In this document: piece after piece, positions 34,077 to 44,806 of the stretch
How the letters are laid out: each line of letters opens with the position of its first letter
Numbering within the stretch: position 1 is the stretch's first letter
Origin: Pachysolen tannophilus NRRL Y-2460
Lineage: Eukaryota
NCBI GenBank assembly: GCA_001661245.1
Contig: KV454012.1
Span: 1 to 64,000, forward strand
Direction of reading: 5' to 3'
Length of the DNA stretch: 64,000 bases
Made by a program: the position numbers and the translations under genes
Notes under the pieces: model-generated
Told to the model about the DNA's origin: nothing
Database searches by the model: none
The model's input: the letters and a program-made list of their open reading frames with translations, nothing else

Positions 34077-36719
34077 TCATTTTCCTGATGATTTCGATAT
34101 TGAATCATTGTTCCTTTTCAAAGTATGAGCTTTGATAGCCGCTTCTGCCCTTTCACTTGATTCGCTATTCTTCAAATGGCCTCTATCATCCAATTCGACA
34201 CTACCACCTGTTTCAAAAATCGAAACTTGGCCGACCAATAATCCCAAAGTATCCAAGACTTGGTGAGAATCAGATAAAAATGCCTTGGCTACGGTTTGCT
34301 TATTAGCAGGACCAACAGTAACAGTATGGATACCGTAATTTTTGAACATGTTTTTCGGTCTATCTTCAGCCTCCCAAGTGGATTCAATCTTGTTTAACGC
34401 AGAAAACATGTCTTCATCGGTCAAATCATCACCTAGGCACAATATAAAGTCAGGAAGCTTTTCGAATGATACTTCCTGTTTGCTGTTGTCAATTGTTGGG
34501 TCTTGTTTTTGACCATGAGCCTTCAACACCAATTTTTTAACAATTTCACCTTTATTAACAAACTTGGGACGAACTTCTAGATTTGCCTTTCCAGACATGA
34601 TTTCAACGTCATATTTCAATGCGACAGTCTGTAAAAGCTCATTTTTACATTTCAAAGCCTGAAATTCACCAAAATCAGGATCAGCTTTCCTATAGTGCCA
34701 AGTAATAGCTACTTTTTTGAATTCTATAAATGCACCCGGTGTCTTATCGGTATATTTGGTGAAAATTTCTTGTACTTCTTTCTGCCATGACATATCAAAC
34801 GACTCAGCCAAATTAATCCAATTTACTTCATTGACGCCTTTCATAAAGCATCCATGTTCTGCTGATAATCCTAATTGTGGGTTTTCAGAACCAAGCCATT
34901 TATCCAAAAACAGTTGATCTCTTCCACTGATAATCCATATTTGATTTTTTGGGTCCTTTAACAATTCGTTTAATATTCCTTTAAGACGACCAGATGGAAT
35001 TGCAGCACTTGGTTCTTTTACAATCGGGGTTAACGTACCATCATAATCGAATAAAAATAATCTTCTCTGGGCCGATTGATAACTCTGCAAGAGTAAAGGA
35101 CGATTTAAATAAGGAGTACCATGGATGGAGACATTTTCATTTAAATTTTCAATTAAAGATCTAAGGAAATTTGAAGTCCAATCTTGAATAGTGTTTTTAG
35201 ATACTTCTTTATATAATTTATTTTCCAAAAAAGCTTTTGTTTCACTTTGCATTGATAAGCAATCATGGATACTCTTAGCAACTCCAACAGAATCCCAAGG
35301 ATTAACCAAAATAGCATCAGTCAATACAGCAGCGCTACCTGAAAATTCCGATAAAATTAGAGGAGAGTGATTATCTTTTTGACAAATGACAAATTCTAAT
35401 GAAGTGGTATTCATACCATCTCTAATTGAAGTGATTAATCCTAAATCTGCAACTCTTAATAAGGCCAAATACTCATCTTTTTCTATTCTCATTTGATAAT
35501 GTTGAACCGGAGTTGAATTAAGAGATCCATAAGTACCATTTATGTTACTGACAATTTCATTAACTTTTTTCTCAATTTTATTTGTATGATAAGGTGTAGG
35601 AGAACTTACCTGAATTAACACTACTTTATCTCTCCATTCTGGATACATTGAAAGAAACATTTCAAAAGCTTCAAGTTTTTGAACAACACCTCTAACAGAG
35701 TCTAATCTATCTCTACCAATAATAATTTTTTTATTTTGATTTAACTCTTTAATCGCTTTCATTTTCTCTTCAATTGTTGGTTGGAAAGCATCATGTTGAA
35801 TTTTTACTGTATCTATACCTATTGGTAAGACAACCATGGCAACATGTGCACCATAAGCAGTTATTGAATCTGGTTTAACTTCACAACCTAATAACCTGGC
35901 GCAGCAACTTACAAAATGCCTTGCAAAAGAATATGATTGAAATCCAATTTGATTAGCGCCCAACATACCATCCAATAAATGTTTTCTCTTGGCAATACAT
36001 CTGAAATATTCCGAGGATGGGAATGGAGCATGGATGTATAATCCAATATAAGCTTCAGGTAAATCCATTCTCAAAATTTGAGGTAATAATAACAAATAAT
36101 AATCATGAATCCATATAATATCACCAGGTTTATAAATACTTCTAATCTTTGCGGCATATGCTTCATTAAATTTCACATAATCGTACCACCAATCTGCTTC
36201 TGCTCTACCATTTGAAGAATCACCTTGTATATAATGGAAAACTGGCCATAGTATATTTTCAGCATATTTTGTCCATCTATTTTGATCTCTTCTTAATAAC
36301 CAAACAGGATGTATCTTGTCACTGTTATTTGCCTTATGAATCTTTTTCTCAATTTTCTGTTTATCATCATCATTCAAATATAACGGATCACTGTCCTTCG
36401 AACCAGTAGGTTTTACAGAAAAATCATCAATTGTTGTTAATTCACCAGTCCAAGCAATCAAATGGCTTTCCCAATCGGTTTGTTGTTCCAAAAAATAATT
36501 TGATGAATATAAAGAAGAATTTCCTCTAAGGTGTCTAACATTCCATTCACTTTCACAATTTTCCCTATAAATTTGATTCGGTATAGTTGTCATAACATTT
36601 AAAATTCTACCACTGAGTTTTAAAAGTTTGCCATCCTGTGGCTGAACCACCCTATTACCAGCTGGAAACGCCAAGATCTCTTCATCAACTCCTGGATTCT
36701 TAGTTATGAAATTCGACAT
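34077..36719 (-). CDS. TPS2: Trehalose-6-phosphate phosphatase
   Basis: GT20-like domain (IWIHDYYLLLLP, HAPFPSSEYFRC, RDGMNTTSLEF) plus HAD phosphatase (FLFDYDGTLTPIV, LSAEHGCF, CLGDDLTDEDMF). Confidence 0.96.
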   Translation of the reverse strand: MSNFITKNPGVDEEILAFPAGNRVVQPQDGKLLKLSGRILNVMTTIPNQIYRENCESEWNVRHLRGNSSLYSSNYFLEQQTDWESHLIAWTGELTTIDDFSVKPTGSKDSDPLYLNDDDKQKIEKKIHKANNSDKIHPVWLLRRDQNRWTKYAENILWPVFHYIQGDSSNGRAEADWWYDYVKFNEAYAAKIRSIYKPGDIIWIHDYYLLLLPQILRMDLPEAYIGLYIHAPFPSSEYFRCIAKRKHLLDGMLGANQIGFQSYSFARHFVSCCARLLGCEVKPDSITAYGAHVAMVVLPIGIDTVKIQHDAFQPTIEEKMKAIKELNQNKKIIIGRDRLDSVRGVVQKLEAFEMFLSMYPEWRDKVVLIQVSSPTPYHTNKIEKKVNEIVSNINGTYGSLNSTPVQHYQMRIEKDEYLALLRVADLGLITSIRDGMNTTSLEFVICQKDNHSPLILSEFSGSAAVLTDAILVNPWDSVGVAKSIHDCLSMQSETKAFLENKLYKEVSKNTIQDWTSNFLRSLIENLNENVSIHGTPYLNRPLLLQSYQSAQRRLFLFDYDGTLTPIVKEPSAAIPSGRLKGILNELLKDPKNQIWIISGRDQLFLDKWLGSENPQLGLSAEHGCFMKGVNEVNWINLAESFDMSWQKEVQEIFTKYTDKTPGAFIEFKKVAITWHYRKADPDFGEFQALKCKNELLQTVALKYDVEIMSGKANLEVRPKFVNKGEIVKKLVLKAHGQKQDPTIDNSKQEVSFEKLPDFILCLGDDLTDEDMFSALNKIESTWEAEDRPKNMFKNYGIHTVTVGPANKQTVAKAFLSDSHQVLDTLGLLVGQVSIFETGGSVELDDRGHLKNSESSERAEAAIKAHTLKRNNDSISKSSGK

Positions 36720-38019
36720 TTGTTACAACTTCAAGTTTATCCAAAGTATTTGAAATTTCTATAATTATTATGATGCAAAGAAAAACATAAAAACAAGAGA
36801 AAAAAAAATTCAAATGAAAGTCAATTCAACAATTTTTGAAAAAAATGAAATTTAATGAAAATTTATGGTCAATGGATATCTAAATGAGTTATTTCAAGTT
36901 TTCTAATTGCTTCTTACTATTAAAATATTAATATTAATATTAAAATTAATGTTATTATTACTATATATTGCCCAGTGCTTTTCCCATACTCATTACTATG
37001 GTGTCAGCAGACGCTTCGAAGAAAAAAGAAAAGTCGGGAAATTTCAAGTTCCGGGGTAAAGAAAAATATACCGAGAAAATTGTTTTTTCGGTAGGTGTCA
37101 CGTGTTTGTTTTGCAGGCTCTATGTTAGAACCGATAATAGTATTCCGGTGTGTCTGCATTAAAATTATCAATTAATTCCGGCCCATTTTCTGCCCTTGGA
37201 TACCCTTGGTGATTGTTTCCAATGATGGAACGATGGGAAGGTGGGACGATGGGAACTATGGGAACTATGGAACAAAGCTCAATAGTGGTTTATATATTAA
37301 ATTGAATGATTATCTTACTCTTTATGGATGTCTCTAAGAGGATCTTAATGAGCTCATACAGTTTTTTTCTTTTATTGTTGTTCTACAACTTTACAAAAAT
37401 TATTCAAGTTTTTAAGGTATATACATATATATAGGAAAAGTTTCAAAAAATTATCAGCTTTACAAGTTGATCAATAGAATAGACTTTAATAGTTTACTGT
37501 CTAAAATGTATCTTTTTTTTTTTCTTTGGAAACAAAAAAAACAAATTTCCCCCACCATTAAGTTCGCTACTTTATTAGCTTGTTAACTAGTTTGCTATTT
37601 AAGTATGCTAGTGCCTTTTAATATCTAGAGAGATGGCTCTTTCTTTCTTTCTCTCTTATCATTTTCGGAAATAAAAGAAAGAAAGAAAAAAAATACCTTC
37701 TCGAAACCGGACGGCGCAGAGTTTATCGGTACTAATTCATTAGTACTAGTTTTCATCGGCACTAGTCTTTATCGGCAAAAGAATGGTAGATAATGTAGTG
37801 GTAGCTAAGTAATATTATTGTTGTTTTCGCCTATTGGAGAGCACTTCCTCGATCAAGTAACTAATACGAATGTAATGGTGGAAAATCTTATCTGCATATT
37901 TCCACGTCCATGATTTAGGTGGAAATTTTTGTATTATAAAAAGGTTATGAAATGATCATTTTTCAATTGTTAATCATTGTTCTTTGTCATTATTTTCAAC
38001 TACTTCTCATTTACGGAAT

Positions 38020-39513
38020 ATGACTTCAAACCCAATTAAGAAAGATTCACCAATTATTGTTGTTGGTGCTGGTGTCTTTGGGCTTTCTAATGCACTACAC
38101 TTGGCTCAAAATGGTTATACTAATATAACTGTTTTTGATAGACTTGATTTTGATTCAAATAACTATACTCTATTGAAAGGTGCTGATACTGCATCGGCAG
38201 ATATTAATAAGATTTTCAGAATTCAATATGCGGATAAGATCCATTATCAAAGGTTAGCTATGGAAGCAGGTGAAATTTGGGAAAAATGGGATAGAGATAT
38301 TAAATTGTTACCTGAAGAAGAAGCTAAAAAATATACTGCCTTAACTATCTTGGATAGATGTGGAATGTTAAGATTAGATGATATTGAGGGAAATTCTAAA
38401 GAAGAAAATCAAAATTTAGCAAGTTTCGAAAAAGATGGATTAAGATCACTTCAATTTGATGCAAATAATCCTCTGGATGTTAAGAGAGCAAATGCAACCG
38501 GTTGGGGTTATAAATTAGATCCAATTGGTTTGAAAGATAATAAGATTTTAAAAGTTAAAAGCAGAGTCTTAGATTCAACTTCTGGAGTACTTTATGCCTC
38601 GAGGGCATGTCAGTATGCTAAATATTTATGTACACAATTAGGCGTTAAATTTGTATTGGGTGGTGATAAAGGTACATTCAAAGAATTTATTATGAAAGCA
38701 AACTCTGATGAAGTTCAAGGAATCGTGACCAAGGATGGTCAAACACATTTTGCAAATTTAGTCGTTGTTGCTTGTGGTCCGTGGTCTACTTCTCTAGTTC
38801 CTGAATTGGACGGTTTAAGTGCTGCTAACTCGGGTAACGTTGTAATATTCAAAGTTCCAAAACATAGAAAAGACTTGTATGAAAAATATAGTTCAAGAAA
38901 TTTTCCTGCTGTAGCTTGGAAGCTGGGTCATTCTAGAGAGAAAGAATATTTGGGTGGGATTTTCATGTTCCCGCTTATGGAACCAGAAGGTTATTTAAAA
39001 GTAATTATTAGACAAACGAAGTATACTAACCCAGTTCAAGTAAATGATAGAACTGTATCTATTCCGAAGACAATTAATTCTAGTCCACCAGCTTCTTATC
39101 TAACTAAAAATATTTTGAACCAAGTTAAAGAATTTTTAACCATTTTCTTTCCTGACTTGGTAGAAGCTGATATTAAATTACAAAGTAGATTGTTATGGTA
39201 TACAGATACAATAAATAATGACTATATTTATGATTTTGTTCCAGGAAAGAAAAACTTATTTGTTGCTACTGGTGGTTCAGGTCATGCTTTCAAGATGTTA
39301 CCTGTGTTGGGCCAATTTTTGGTTGATAAAATCGAAGGAAGAGAAAACTTGTATACAAAACTATTCAAATGGAGAGACCAAAAACAATTCGATCATGATC
39401 CAAACGGTTTAAGAGAAAATCTGAATGGTCCAAGGGTTTATTGCAACCAAGATTTATCCACTGAAAAAGATCTTTGCTTCGAACAATCTGAACAATTAAA
39501 ACACAAGTTATGA
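38020..39513 (+). CDS. FAD-dependent amino-acid oxidase (sarcosine/pipecolate/fructosyl-amino acid oxidase family), copy 1, with peroxisomal PTS1-like -HKL
   Basis: First in-frame ATG at 38020, 497 aa. IIVVGAGVFGLS Rossmann motif, ASADINKIFR, VVACGPWS, ATGGSGHAFKMLPVLG; C-terminus LKHKL. Confidence 0.88.
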   Translation: MTSNPIKKDSPIIVVGAGVFGLSNALHLAQNGYTNITVFDRLDFDSNNYTLLKGADTASADINKIFRIQYADKIHYQRLAMEAGEIWEKWDRDIKLLPEEEAKKYTALTILDRCGMLRLDDIEGNSKEENQNLASFEKDGLRSLQFDANNPLDVKRANATGWGYKLDPIGLKDNKILKVKSRVLDSTSGVLYASRACQYAKYLCTQLGVKFVLGGDKGTFKEFIMKANSDEVQGIVTKDGQTHFANLVVVACGPWSTSLVPELDGLSAANSGNVVIFKVPKHRKDLYEKYSSRNFPAVAWKLGHSREKEYLGGIFMFPLMEPEGYLKVIIRQTKYTNPVQVNDRTVSIPKTINSSPPASYLTKNILNQVKEFLTIFFPDLVEADIKLQSRLLWYTDTINNDYIYDFVPGKKNLFVATGGSGHAFKMLPVLGQFLVDKIEGRENLYTKLFKWRDQKQFDHDPNGLRENLNGPRVYCNQDLSTEKDLCFEQSEQLKHKL

Positions 39514-39988
39514 GCCTTGGTTCAAGATTGATATTTCTATTAGTTTCTATTATTTTCTTCTTCTTCTTTTTTTTTCTTTTTTTTCTTTTTTCATTTCACC
39601 TCACATCTTAATTACTTTTCTGTTATATCTTAGATAGAGATAAAAAAATAAAATCAGATCACTTCTTCTTTCAAGTTGTACATTATATTATTATTATCTT
39701 CTTCTCGTTTTGCTACTTCTTCTTCTTCTGCACCTTCGAAGCTTACCTCTAATATCCGGACTTTCCTCTTCAGGAAGTACATACGAATGCATTGCATATT
39801 TAACGTATCACTTGCCTTATTAGTGTAAGATGTTATATCATATATCAAGTGCAATCAATATTTGAAGTTTTATTTCAAAATGAGCCAGGAGGTTTCCTTT
39901 ATAAGCAGACGATATTTCCTGCTGGTTTCTAGATGAGTAAGTAACAGTTGTAAAGTATTTGAAAGAAAAAAAAAAAGAGTTGGTTAAA

Positions 39989-41503
39989 ATGAGCAAAAAC
40001 AGCCTTTACGATAAAAATTCCAAGATTATAATAATTGGTGCTGGTGTATTTGGTCTTTCCAACGCATTGAATTTAGCCCAAAATGGTTATAAAGATATAA
40101 CTGTTTTTGATCGTTTAGATATGGAACTGAACAAGTTTTCCTTATTAAATGGAGCAGACACTGCTTCTGCGGATATCAACAAGATATTTAGAGTTCAGTA
40201 TGCAAACAAAATGCATTATCAACAGTTGGCATTAGAAGCTGGTGAGATTTGGGAACAATGGGATCGTGATGTTAGATTGGTGCCTGATCGTGAAGCCAAA
40301 AAGTATACAGCGTTAAAAATTTTGGATAGGTGTGGTCTTTTAAGATTAGATGATATCCCTGGTAATTCCACTGAAGAAAAACTGAATGTGGAAAGTTTTA
40401 CTAAAGATGGTTTGAGAGACGTATTATTTGATATCAATGACGAGGATGATATTAAAAGAGCAAAAGCTAGTGGTTGGGGAAACAAGATCAATCCTTTGAA
40501 ATTAAAGGAAAGGGGTAAAGTTGAAAATTTAAGTGGAATTTTGTATTCGACTTCAGGTATTCTCTATGCTTCAAGAGCTTGTCAGTATGCAAAATATTTA
40601 TGTGTACAATTAGGTGTTAAATTTATCTTAGGTGGTAATAAAGGTACTTTCCAAGATTTCATTACATCAGAAAAAGATAGGAATGAAATTCTTGGTGTGG
40701 TTTGCAAAGACGGCACCAAACATTTTGCTGATTTAACTGTCATCGCATGTGGACCTTGGTCTACCTCTTTAGTTCCAGAGTTAGATGGAATCAATGAAGG
40801 TACTACTGGAAGCGTAGTGATTTTCAAAATCCCCGATGGAAGAAAAGATTTGTATGAAAAATACAGCCCAAGAAATTTTCCAATTATTAGCTGGAAAGGT
40901 GGGCATTCTAGAGAAAAAGAATACCTCGGTGGTTTATATTTATTTCCTGCAATGGAACCAGAAGGTGTTATGAAGATGATTATCAGACAAAAGAAATACA
41001 CTAATCCAGTAAAGTTAGAAAATAATAGAATTGTCTCTATTCCTAAAACAGTCAATTCAAATCCTCCAACTACAAAAGTTACAAAGCACATTTTAGATCA
41101 AGCAAAATCATTTTTGACCGTAATTGCTCCAGATTTAGTCGAAGCAGGTATAAAATTGGAAAGCAGAATTATTTGGTATACCGATACTATAAATAACGAT
41201 TATATTTATGATTTTGTTCCGGGAAAGAAAAACTTGTTCGTTTCCTGTGGAGGTTCTGGTCATGCTTTCAAAATGCTTCCAGTATTGGGTAAGTTTTTAG
41301 TAGATAAAATTGAAAGGAGAGAAAATTTCTACACAAACCTATTCAAATGGAGAAACCCAAAGGACTTCACAAAAGATCCAAATGGGTTGAAAGAAGGAAT
41401 TACGGGTCCTAGAGTGTACGATAAACAATCCTTACCTTCTGATGACGATTATAAATTTCAAGATATTGAAAAGAAAGTCAAAAACCTAAAACTTTATCAA
41501 TGA
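39989..41503 (+). CDS. FAD-dependent amino-acid oxidase, tandem paralogue (copy 2)
   Basis: First ATG at 39989, 504 aa. Colinear with copy 1, sharing long identical blocks (GADTASADINKIFR, LYASRACQYAKYLC, WYTDTINNDYIYDFVPGKKNLFV); ends NLKLYQ. Confidence 0.88.
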   Translation: MSKNSLYDKNSKIIIIGAGVFGLSNALNLAQNGYKDITVFDRLDMELNKFSLLNGADTASADINKIFRVQYANKMHYQQLALEAGEIWEQWDRDVRLVPDREAKKYTALKILDRCGLLRLDDIPGNSTEEKLNVESFTKDGLRDVLFDINDEDDIKRAKASGWGNKINPLKLKERGKVENLSGILYSTSGILYASRACQYAKYLCVQLGVKFILGGNKGTFQDFITSEKDRNEILGVVCKDGTKHFADLTVIACGPWSTSLVPELDGINEGTTGSVVIFKIPDGRKDLYEKYSPRNFPIISWKGGHSREKEYLGGLYLFPAMEPEGVMKMIIRQKKYTNPVKLENNRIVSIPKTVNSNPPTTKVTKHILDQAKSFLTVIAPDLVEAGIKLESRIIWYTDTINNDYIYDFVPGKKNLFVSCGGSGHAFKMLPVLGKFLVDKIERRENFYTNLFKWRNPKDFTKDPNGLKEGITGPRVYDKQSLPSDDDYKFQDIEKKVKNLKLYQ

Positions 41504-41701
41504 TAAAAAAATCAGTATGCTGAAAACAATAGTAATATGACTCTTTATGTATATAGATTTGTTCAAGTATATAAAGTAGATATTAGATCAAAATCAAAAT
41601 CAGGAGCAAAATTATTTGTTAATAACCATACAAATAAAAAAGCTGCATTTAATTTTTGAATTTGACAAATACATGATTTACAGTTTATTCTGCTTTAACG
41701 T

Positions 41702-44215
41702 TTATGATCTGTTTCGATCGGGAGATCGTGCTCGATTACCAATGGTATTCAACCTGGTACCACTTTTCTTTGATAATAATTTTCTTTGTACTAAATCGAC
41801 AAAGTTATTATTACTCTGATTTCTCACCATCCCATAATCGTCCAAATTCAAAGAATTGACTGAACCATTTTTAGAATTATATGAGTTTTCAGAGCTATTT
41901 CTTTTGCCATCCTTTTGCCTACTGCTATTAATGCTATTATTGTTACTATTATTGTTGTTATTGTTGTTATTGTTATTGCTATTAGCATTGCTGTTGTTAA
42001 TGAAACTCTTTCGATTTGGGACGTTTCCGGCTGAAAATGATTTAAAAAACGCTGGACTTGGTGATCGCAAAATTGGAGAGCTTGGCCTGTTGTTAGCACA
42101 TGCTGAGGTAGATGGTGTTCTTTCATAGCCCACATTAACATTTTGTTCGTTATTTATTCCTTGACCATTTTCATATGCAGGCGCTAAATCTCCAGTTTCA
42201 TCAATATCCTCCGTTTCAATAGCTTGATCATAAGATGGCACTTGTGATAATGCCATCAAGTCCAATTGCGATGGATAATTAGTAACTGGTGGTGACAGCG
42301 ATCTCGATATCAATCTGTCTGATGAAATTGAGGCCGGAGAATGCAACAGAGAGTTCCTAGAGGTGGGAATTTCATTCAGTAATGGTGAAGATACAGTCGG
42401 ACGATCATTGCTTACTGCAATATCAAAATAGGATTGTGGCAGATCTTGTTCATTTTGGCCACCTGGAGACAGATTCTCAATGAAGTCTGGTGATAAAATC
42501 AGAGGCGTTGCAGTTCCAGTATTAATATCATAAAGTGGGTCATAAAAATGTTGAGAATATAGCGGCGGTGCTCTATTCTCGTCGTCATCTTCAAGTGGAT
42601 TACCTAGGTATGGTTGTTCACTTGGAGATGAACCTGTAGGAGTATCAGAAGTTGCAGCTTGTCTACCACCAGTACTTGAAGTTGCGGAGTTATCAAACAA
42701 AGGAACCATTCCTGGCTTTATATGAATTTTACCATTATGATCCAAATCTATATTTCTTCCATAAATCTTATATTTTGGATTGACATATAATATGATTGGT
42801 AATTTTGCCCTTAGCTCACTAAGATGTCCATCTTCAGCATTAACTATCTTTATTTTAAATTTTAATTTATGTCTAACTTTGATAATGCCATCTTTTAAAT
42901 CGCAATCTTGAGTACAGCTTTTCAAATCTGATGGAATCACAATAGTAGCATTTATTGACCATCTATCTGATGGAAAACTATCCATAGAAATAGGTGGTAA
43001 TTCACAATCATATATGACATCATCATGGTCATATATTGTCTGGTTAGGATCTTTCAATACATAATGTTGGACAACAGCTGCAGAAATTTTACCCAATTTC
43101 AAACCTTTTTTCAATGGAACAATAACAATATTAACTGGAGTCGATCCACCAATTGGAATTGCTTTTCTAGGAATGTTCACTTCATATTGTACTCTCCCAG
43201 GCCATGTATTTTCAATTGAAACATCTTCAGATAATGCGACATCATTTGGTGATAAAGTTCTGAAAATTCTCAAATATTTGTATTTGATAAAATGATTATG
43301 CTTTAATAATGAAGAACTCTTCATTAAGCTAGCTTCAAATTTATACATCATTGAGCCAGATTGTAAACCTTCAATAGTTTCTGGTAAATTACCAGGTAAA
43401 ACGCATTTAAAAGGTAATTCGTAATTACCCTTTGGTAACACAAAGATATTAGAACCAGTAGGTGTTTTAACATTTTCAAATGGGGTATTATTGATTGAAG
43501 ATTCAGGTAATTGTAAAGTTGTTGGTGCACCAGGTCTTTTCAATCTTGAAGGTTTCTGTTTTTGACGATTATTATTATGAGACGAAACATTTGTGATGGA
43601 ATTGTTGTTGTTGTTACTATTACTAGTACTACCATTTGAAGTTGAATTTGAATTTGAAGCCGTAGTACTTTGATTCGTCAGAGAAAAATTTTGTGCACTA
43701 TTATTACTATTATTATTATTAGTAGTACTACTACTACTGCTACTACTAGTACTACTAGTATTAGTAGTGTTAGTATTAGTAGTAGAAGCGGCTGTAACAT
43801 TTTCTTCCCTGTGATTCACATCAGAAGAGTTATTATTATTATTTGTTGATAAAGCATTTTGACCGTAATCTCCTGTAATTATTGAACCTTCATTACTAAC
43901 CAATAAATTATCCCACTCATATTTCAATGTTGTCACATTCGCCTTAACCGGATTTGATGAAGTTATTCTATTATTATGTGTTAACACTTCCATAAAATCC
44001 AATTTAAAACAACCAATTAATTTCAAATTGATCTTAAATACAGACATTTGCTCAGGCAAGGAGAATACCAAACTACCTGAAAGATAAATCGACGGTGCCT
44101 CATATTCCGAACCTTTGATCAATATTATATTCTTATACGATGATTTTATTCTTATTTCAAATAAAACAGGTTGAGAATTATTATTACTCGATGAACCACT
44201 CCTTAGATGAAACAT
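41702..44215 (-). CDS. Alpha-arrestin (Rod1/Rog3/CreD-like Rsp5 adaptor)
   Basis: Arrestin N/C folds (GNYELPF..LPG.LPETIEGL, IENTWPGRVQYEV.IP.KAIPIG, IKVRHKLKF, SELRAKLP) and PY motifs PPLY, VPSY, APAY. Confidence 0.85.
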   Translation of the reverse strand: MFHLRSGSSSNNNSQPVLFEIRIKSSYKNIILIKGSEYEAPSIYLSGSLVFSLPEQMSVFKINLKLIGCFKLDFMEVLTHNNRITSSNPVKANVTTLKYEWDNLLVSNEGSIITGDYGQNALSTNNNNNSSDVNHREENVTAASTTNTNTTNTSSTSSSSSSSTTNNNNSNNSAQNFSLTNQSTTASNSNSTSNGSTSNSNNNNNSITNVSSHNNNRQKQKPSRLKRPGAPTTLQLPESSINNTPFENVKTPTGSNIFVLPKGNYELPFKCVLPGNLPETIEGLQSGSMMYKFEASLMKSSSLLKHNHFIKYKYLRIFRTLSPNDVALSEDVSIENTWPGRVQYEVNIPRKAIPIGGSTPVNIVIVPLKKGLKLGKISAAVVQHYVLKDPNQTIYDHDDVIYDCELPPISMDSFPSDRWSINATIVIPSDLKSCTQDCDLKDGIIKVRHKLKFKIKIVNAEDGHLSELRAKLPIILYVNPKYKIYGRNIDLDHNGKIHIKPGMVPLFDNSATSSTGGRQAATSDTPTGSSPSEQPYLGNPLEDDDENRAPPLYSQHFYDPLYDINTGTATPLILSPDFIENLSPGGQNEQDLPQSYFDIAVSNDRPTVSSPLLNEIPTSRNSLLHSPASISSDRLISRSLSPPVTNYPSQLDLMALSQVPSYDQAIETEDIDETGDLAPAYENGQGINNEQNVNVGYERTPSTSACANNRPSSPILRSPSPAFFKSFSAGNVPNRKSFINNSNANSNNNNNNNNNNSNNNSINSSRQKDGKRNSSENSYNSKNGSVNSLNLDDYGMVRNQSNNNFVDLVQRKLLSKKSGTRLNTIGNRARSPDRNRS

Positions 44216-44806
44216 TGGTCACTTATTCACTCATATAGAATCAACTTCTTTATTTATTCCTTTTTTTTTGTCTTTACACCAGTTCACAAATCTATAATAA
44301 ATTTGATATTATTATTTTTTTTTTTTTATTTTAAGATTATTACCGTAAAGCGGCTAATTTTGCGTATCACCGATATCTTAACAAATTCACAATTTTTAAT
44401 TAGAAAAAAAAAAAAAAATCAAGAAATTAAAACAACAAAAAAATCTTTTGAATTTCAAAATAAAATTAAACTTATTTTAAAGATCTTTTCAAAAAATTTT
44501 TTTACCTCAAAAATAACTTTAGAATTATCATTTATCTATTTATCTTTACTTTACTCCTTACTTTTCTTCACTTTCTGTAATTTTCTGTGCTCATTTAGTA
44601 CTTTTTTAGATGCTGCTGCATTTTAAATAATAACGCTATAAAATCTATACTTTCTATTTTATATACACTACCAAATTTTTTTTTTTGCTTTTACTTTTTT
44701 CCTTGCTTATCTGGGGGCTAGGAGATATGATGTGATGTGATATGACGTGATGTTAGGGATGTTAGGGATGTAATGGAGGATTCTTAAAATCCTGAAGATG
44801 TTTAGC

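Noticed and set aside
37984..38019. TTG-initiated, presequence-like extension (SLFSTTSHLRN) of oxidase copy 1
   Set aside because: Non-AUG start close to the TATA box with no supporting evidence, and the protein already has a PTS1-like end.
44726..44772. (TGTGA)n and two TTAGGG-containing units as an ancestral telomere relic
   Set aside because: Only two copies within a low-complexity slippage tract; insufficient evidence.
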